Shown here piece after piece: positions 62,884 to 64,000 of a stretch of DNA of 64,000 nucleotides. The DNA is from Gemmatimonadaceae bacterium (GTDB taxonomy: Bacteria; Gemmatimonadota; Gemmatimonadetes; Gemmatimonadales; Gemmatimonadaceae), in contig JBJXGK010000076.1 in assembly GCA_046153705.1 (NCBI GenBank), positions 1,247-65,246 on the forward strand. The letters run 5' to 3'. A program made the position numbers and the translations under genes. The stretch's first letter is position 1. Every line of letters starts with the position of its first letter. Below the pieces are notes generated by a model. It made no database searches, was not told the DNA's origin, and saw nothing but the letters and a program-made list of their open reading frames with translations.

Positions 62884-63146
62884 TGCCCAGATGGTACACT
62901 TCGCGTGGACTTCGGTCCACTGGTCACGGGACCGCTTGCAGCGGTGGGTCAGAAGGTCTATCCAGAGCGCTGGCCATTCGGTCAGCATGGTTCGACAATC
63001 ATATCTTGCGCCGCGCAGGAAAAAGGTGCCTCTTAGCCCCGTCTGGCAGATGTGCGAACTCTCACTGTACGCATAGCTGTCTCTGACGTCACGCCGCTTC
63101 CCACCCAGCGGCGCGCACCCTCATCAATCTTCAAGTTGGAGGTCCC

Positions 63147-64000
63147 GTGGGCACGAGGAGACTCGCTGCGGCGATTCTTGCACTCGCTCTGTCGTTCGGC
63201 GGCACGACCGCTGCGGCACAGGGCACGCGAGAAATCACCGGCAAGGTCACGCAGGTCGGCGGAGCACCACTCGCAGATGCGAGTGTGACGGTGCTCGGCC
63301 AGGCAATCGGCGCGCGCACCAACGAGGCGGGCGACTATCGACTCCGCGTGCCACAGGGTGAAGTCACGCTGTTGGTCCGCGCGATCGGGTTCAAGCGCAT
63401 GACGACGAAGGTCGCAGCGAACGCGACCACGCAGAACTTCTCGCTCGAGAAGGACGTGCTGCAGCTCGAAGGCGTGACGGTCACGGGCGCAGCGACCACC
63501 ATCGACAAGCGGAACGCGACGACACCGGTGGCCGCGGTGAACACCGAGGAGCTCAACCGTACGCCGGCACGCTCGATCGAGAACCAGCTCTCGGGCAAGG
63601 TCCTCGGCGCCCGCATCTTCGAGAACAACGGTGCACCGGGCGGCGGCGCGCAGATCCAGATCCGCGGCGCCACGTCGATCCTCGGGCAGGGCGACCCGCT
63701 CTACGTGATCGATGGCATCATCGTCTCGAACGCGTCGATCCCGAACGCCGCGAACTCCGTCACGCGCGCTGGTGGCGGCATCGGCGGTGGCCAAGACAAC
63801 TCGGTCAACCGTCTCGCTGACATCAACCCGCAGGACATCGAAAGCGTCGAAGTGCTGAAGTCCGCGGCCGCCTCGGCGATCTACGGCTCGCGCGCGACGA
63901 ACGGCGTGGTGGTGATCACGACCAAGCGCGGCCGCTCCGGCGCGCCGAGCTGGAACGTGACCCAGCGTGTCGGCACCGCGGCGCTGTACCGCAAGATCGG
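63147..64000 (+). CDS. SusC/RagA-family TonB-dependent outer membrane receptor, 5' part; runs off the window's right edge
   Basis: Not in the ORF track. GGAGG RBS and GTG 63147; signal peptide; ITGKVT, IQIRG, DPLYVIDG and DINPQDIESVEVLKSAAASAIYGSRATNGVVVITTKRG. Confidence 0.94.
   Translation, partial: MGTRRLAAAILALALSFGGTTAAAQGTREITGKVTQVGGAPLADASVTVLGQAIGARTNEAGDYRLRVPQGEVTLLVRAIGFKRMTTKVAANATTQNFSLEKDVLQLEGVTVTGAATTIDKRNATTPVAAVNTEELNRTPARSIENQLSGKVLGARIFENNGAPGGGAQIQIRGATSILGQGDPLYVIDGIIVSNASIPNAANSVTRAGGGIGGGQDNSVNRLADINPQDIESVEVLKSAAASAIYGSRATNGVVVITTKRGRSGAPSWNVTQRVGTAALYRKI

Noticed and set aside
62884-63146. Possible riboswitch in the leader of the SusC-like receptor
   Set aside because: No cobalamin, TPP or other aptamer consensus is recognisable and there is no convincing terminator.

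Overview
A very GC-rich, gene-dense bacterial chromosomal window with about 60 protein-coding genes. The gene repertoire and style (Hanks-type kinases, barrel-less plug proteins, a SusC-like receptor) suggest Gemmatimonadota; this is an inference. I found no rRNA, tRNA, CRISPR array, IS element or prophage. The content is mostly housekeeping and catabolic: HMG-CoA lyase, GluQRS, acyl-CoA dehydrogenase, ABC-F, fahA, ispH, sthA, yjjX, pfkA, two SF2 helicases, lon, PBP1A, nadE, fused 2-oxoacid dehydrogenase E1, htpX, csaA, rhodanese and OsmC. Regulators include TetR plus an ECF sigma, a CGNR zinc-finger protein, an Ada-like protein, an ECF43-type sigma with its kinase, and a tandem pair of kinase-2TM-coiled-coil proteins. 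The most notable observations: (1) an HrpB-like helicase whose Walker A lies upstream of any in-frame ATG/GTG/TTG, implying a non-canonical start, and whose motif order is unusual; (2) two coupled sensor-less membrane kinases divergent from lon; (3) an unknown enzyme tightly coupled to fahA; (4) pervasive predicted leaderless transcription (13 genes); (5) a structured ~310-nt leader ending in a terminator-like hairpin before a small HNH nuclease; (6) barrel-less TonB-plug proteins and a barrel-less mini-amidohydrolase; (7) a Tat-exported PLP aminotransferase in a two-transporter operon. Start codons were refined by hand, and family assignments rest on visible motifs, not database searches.
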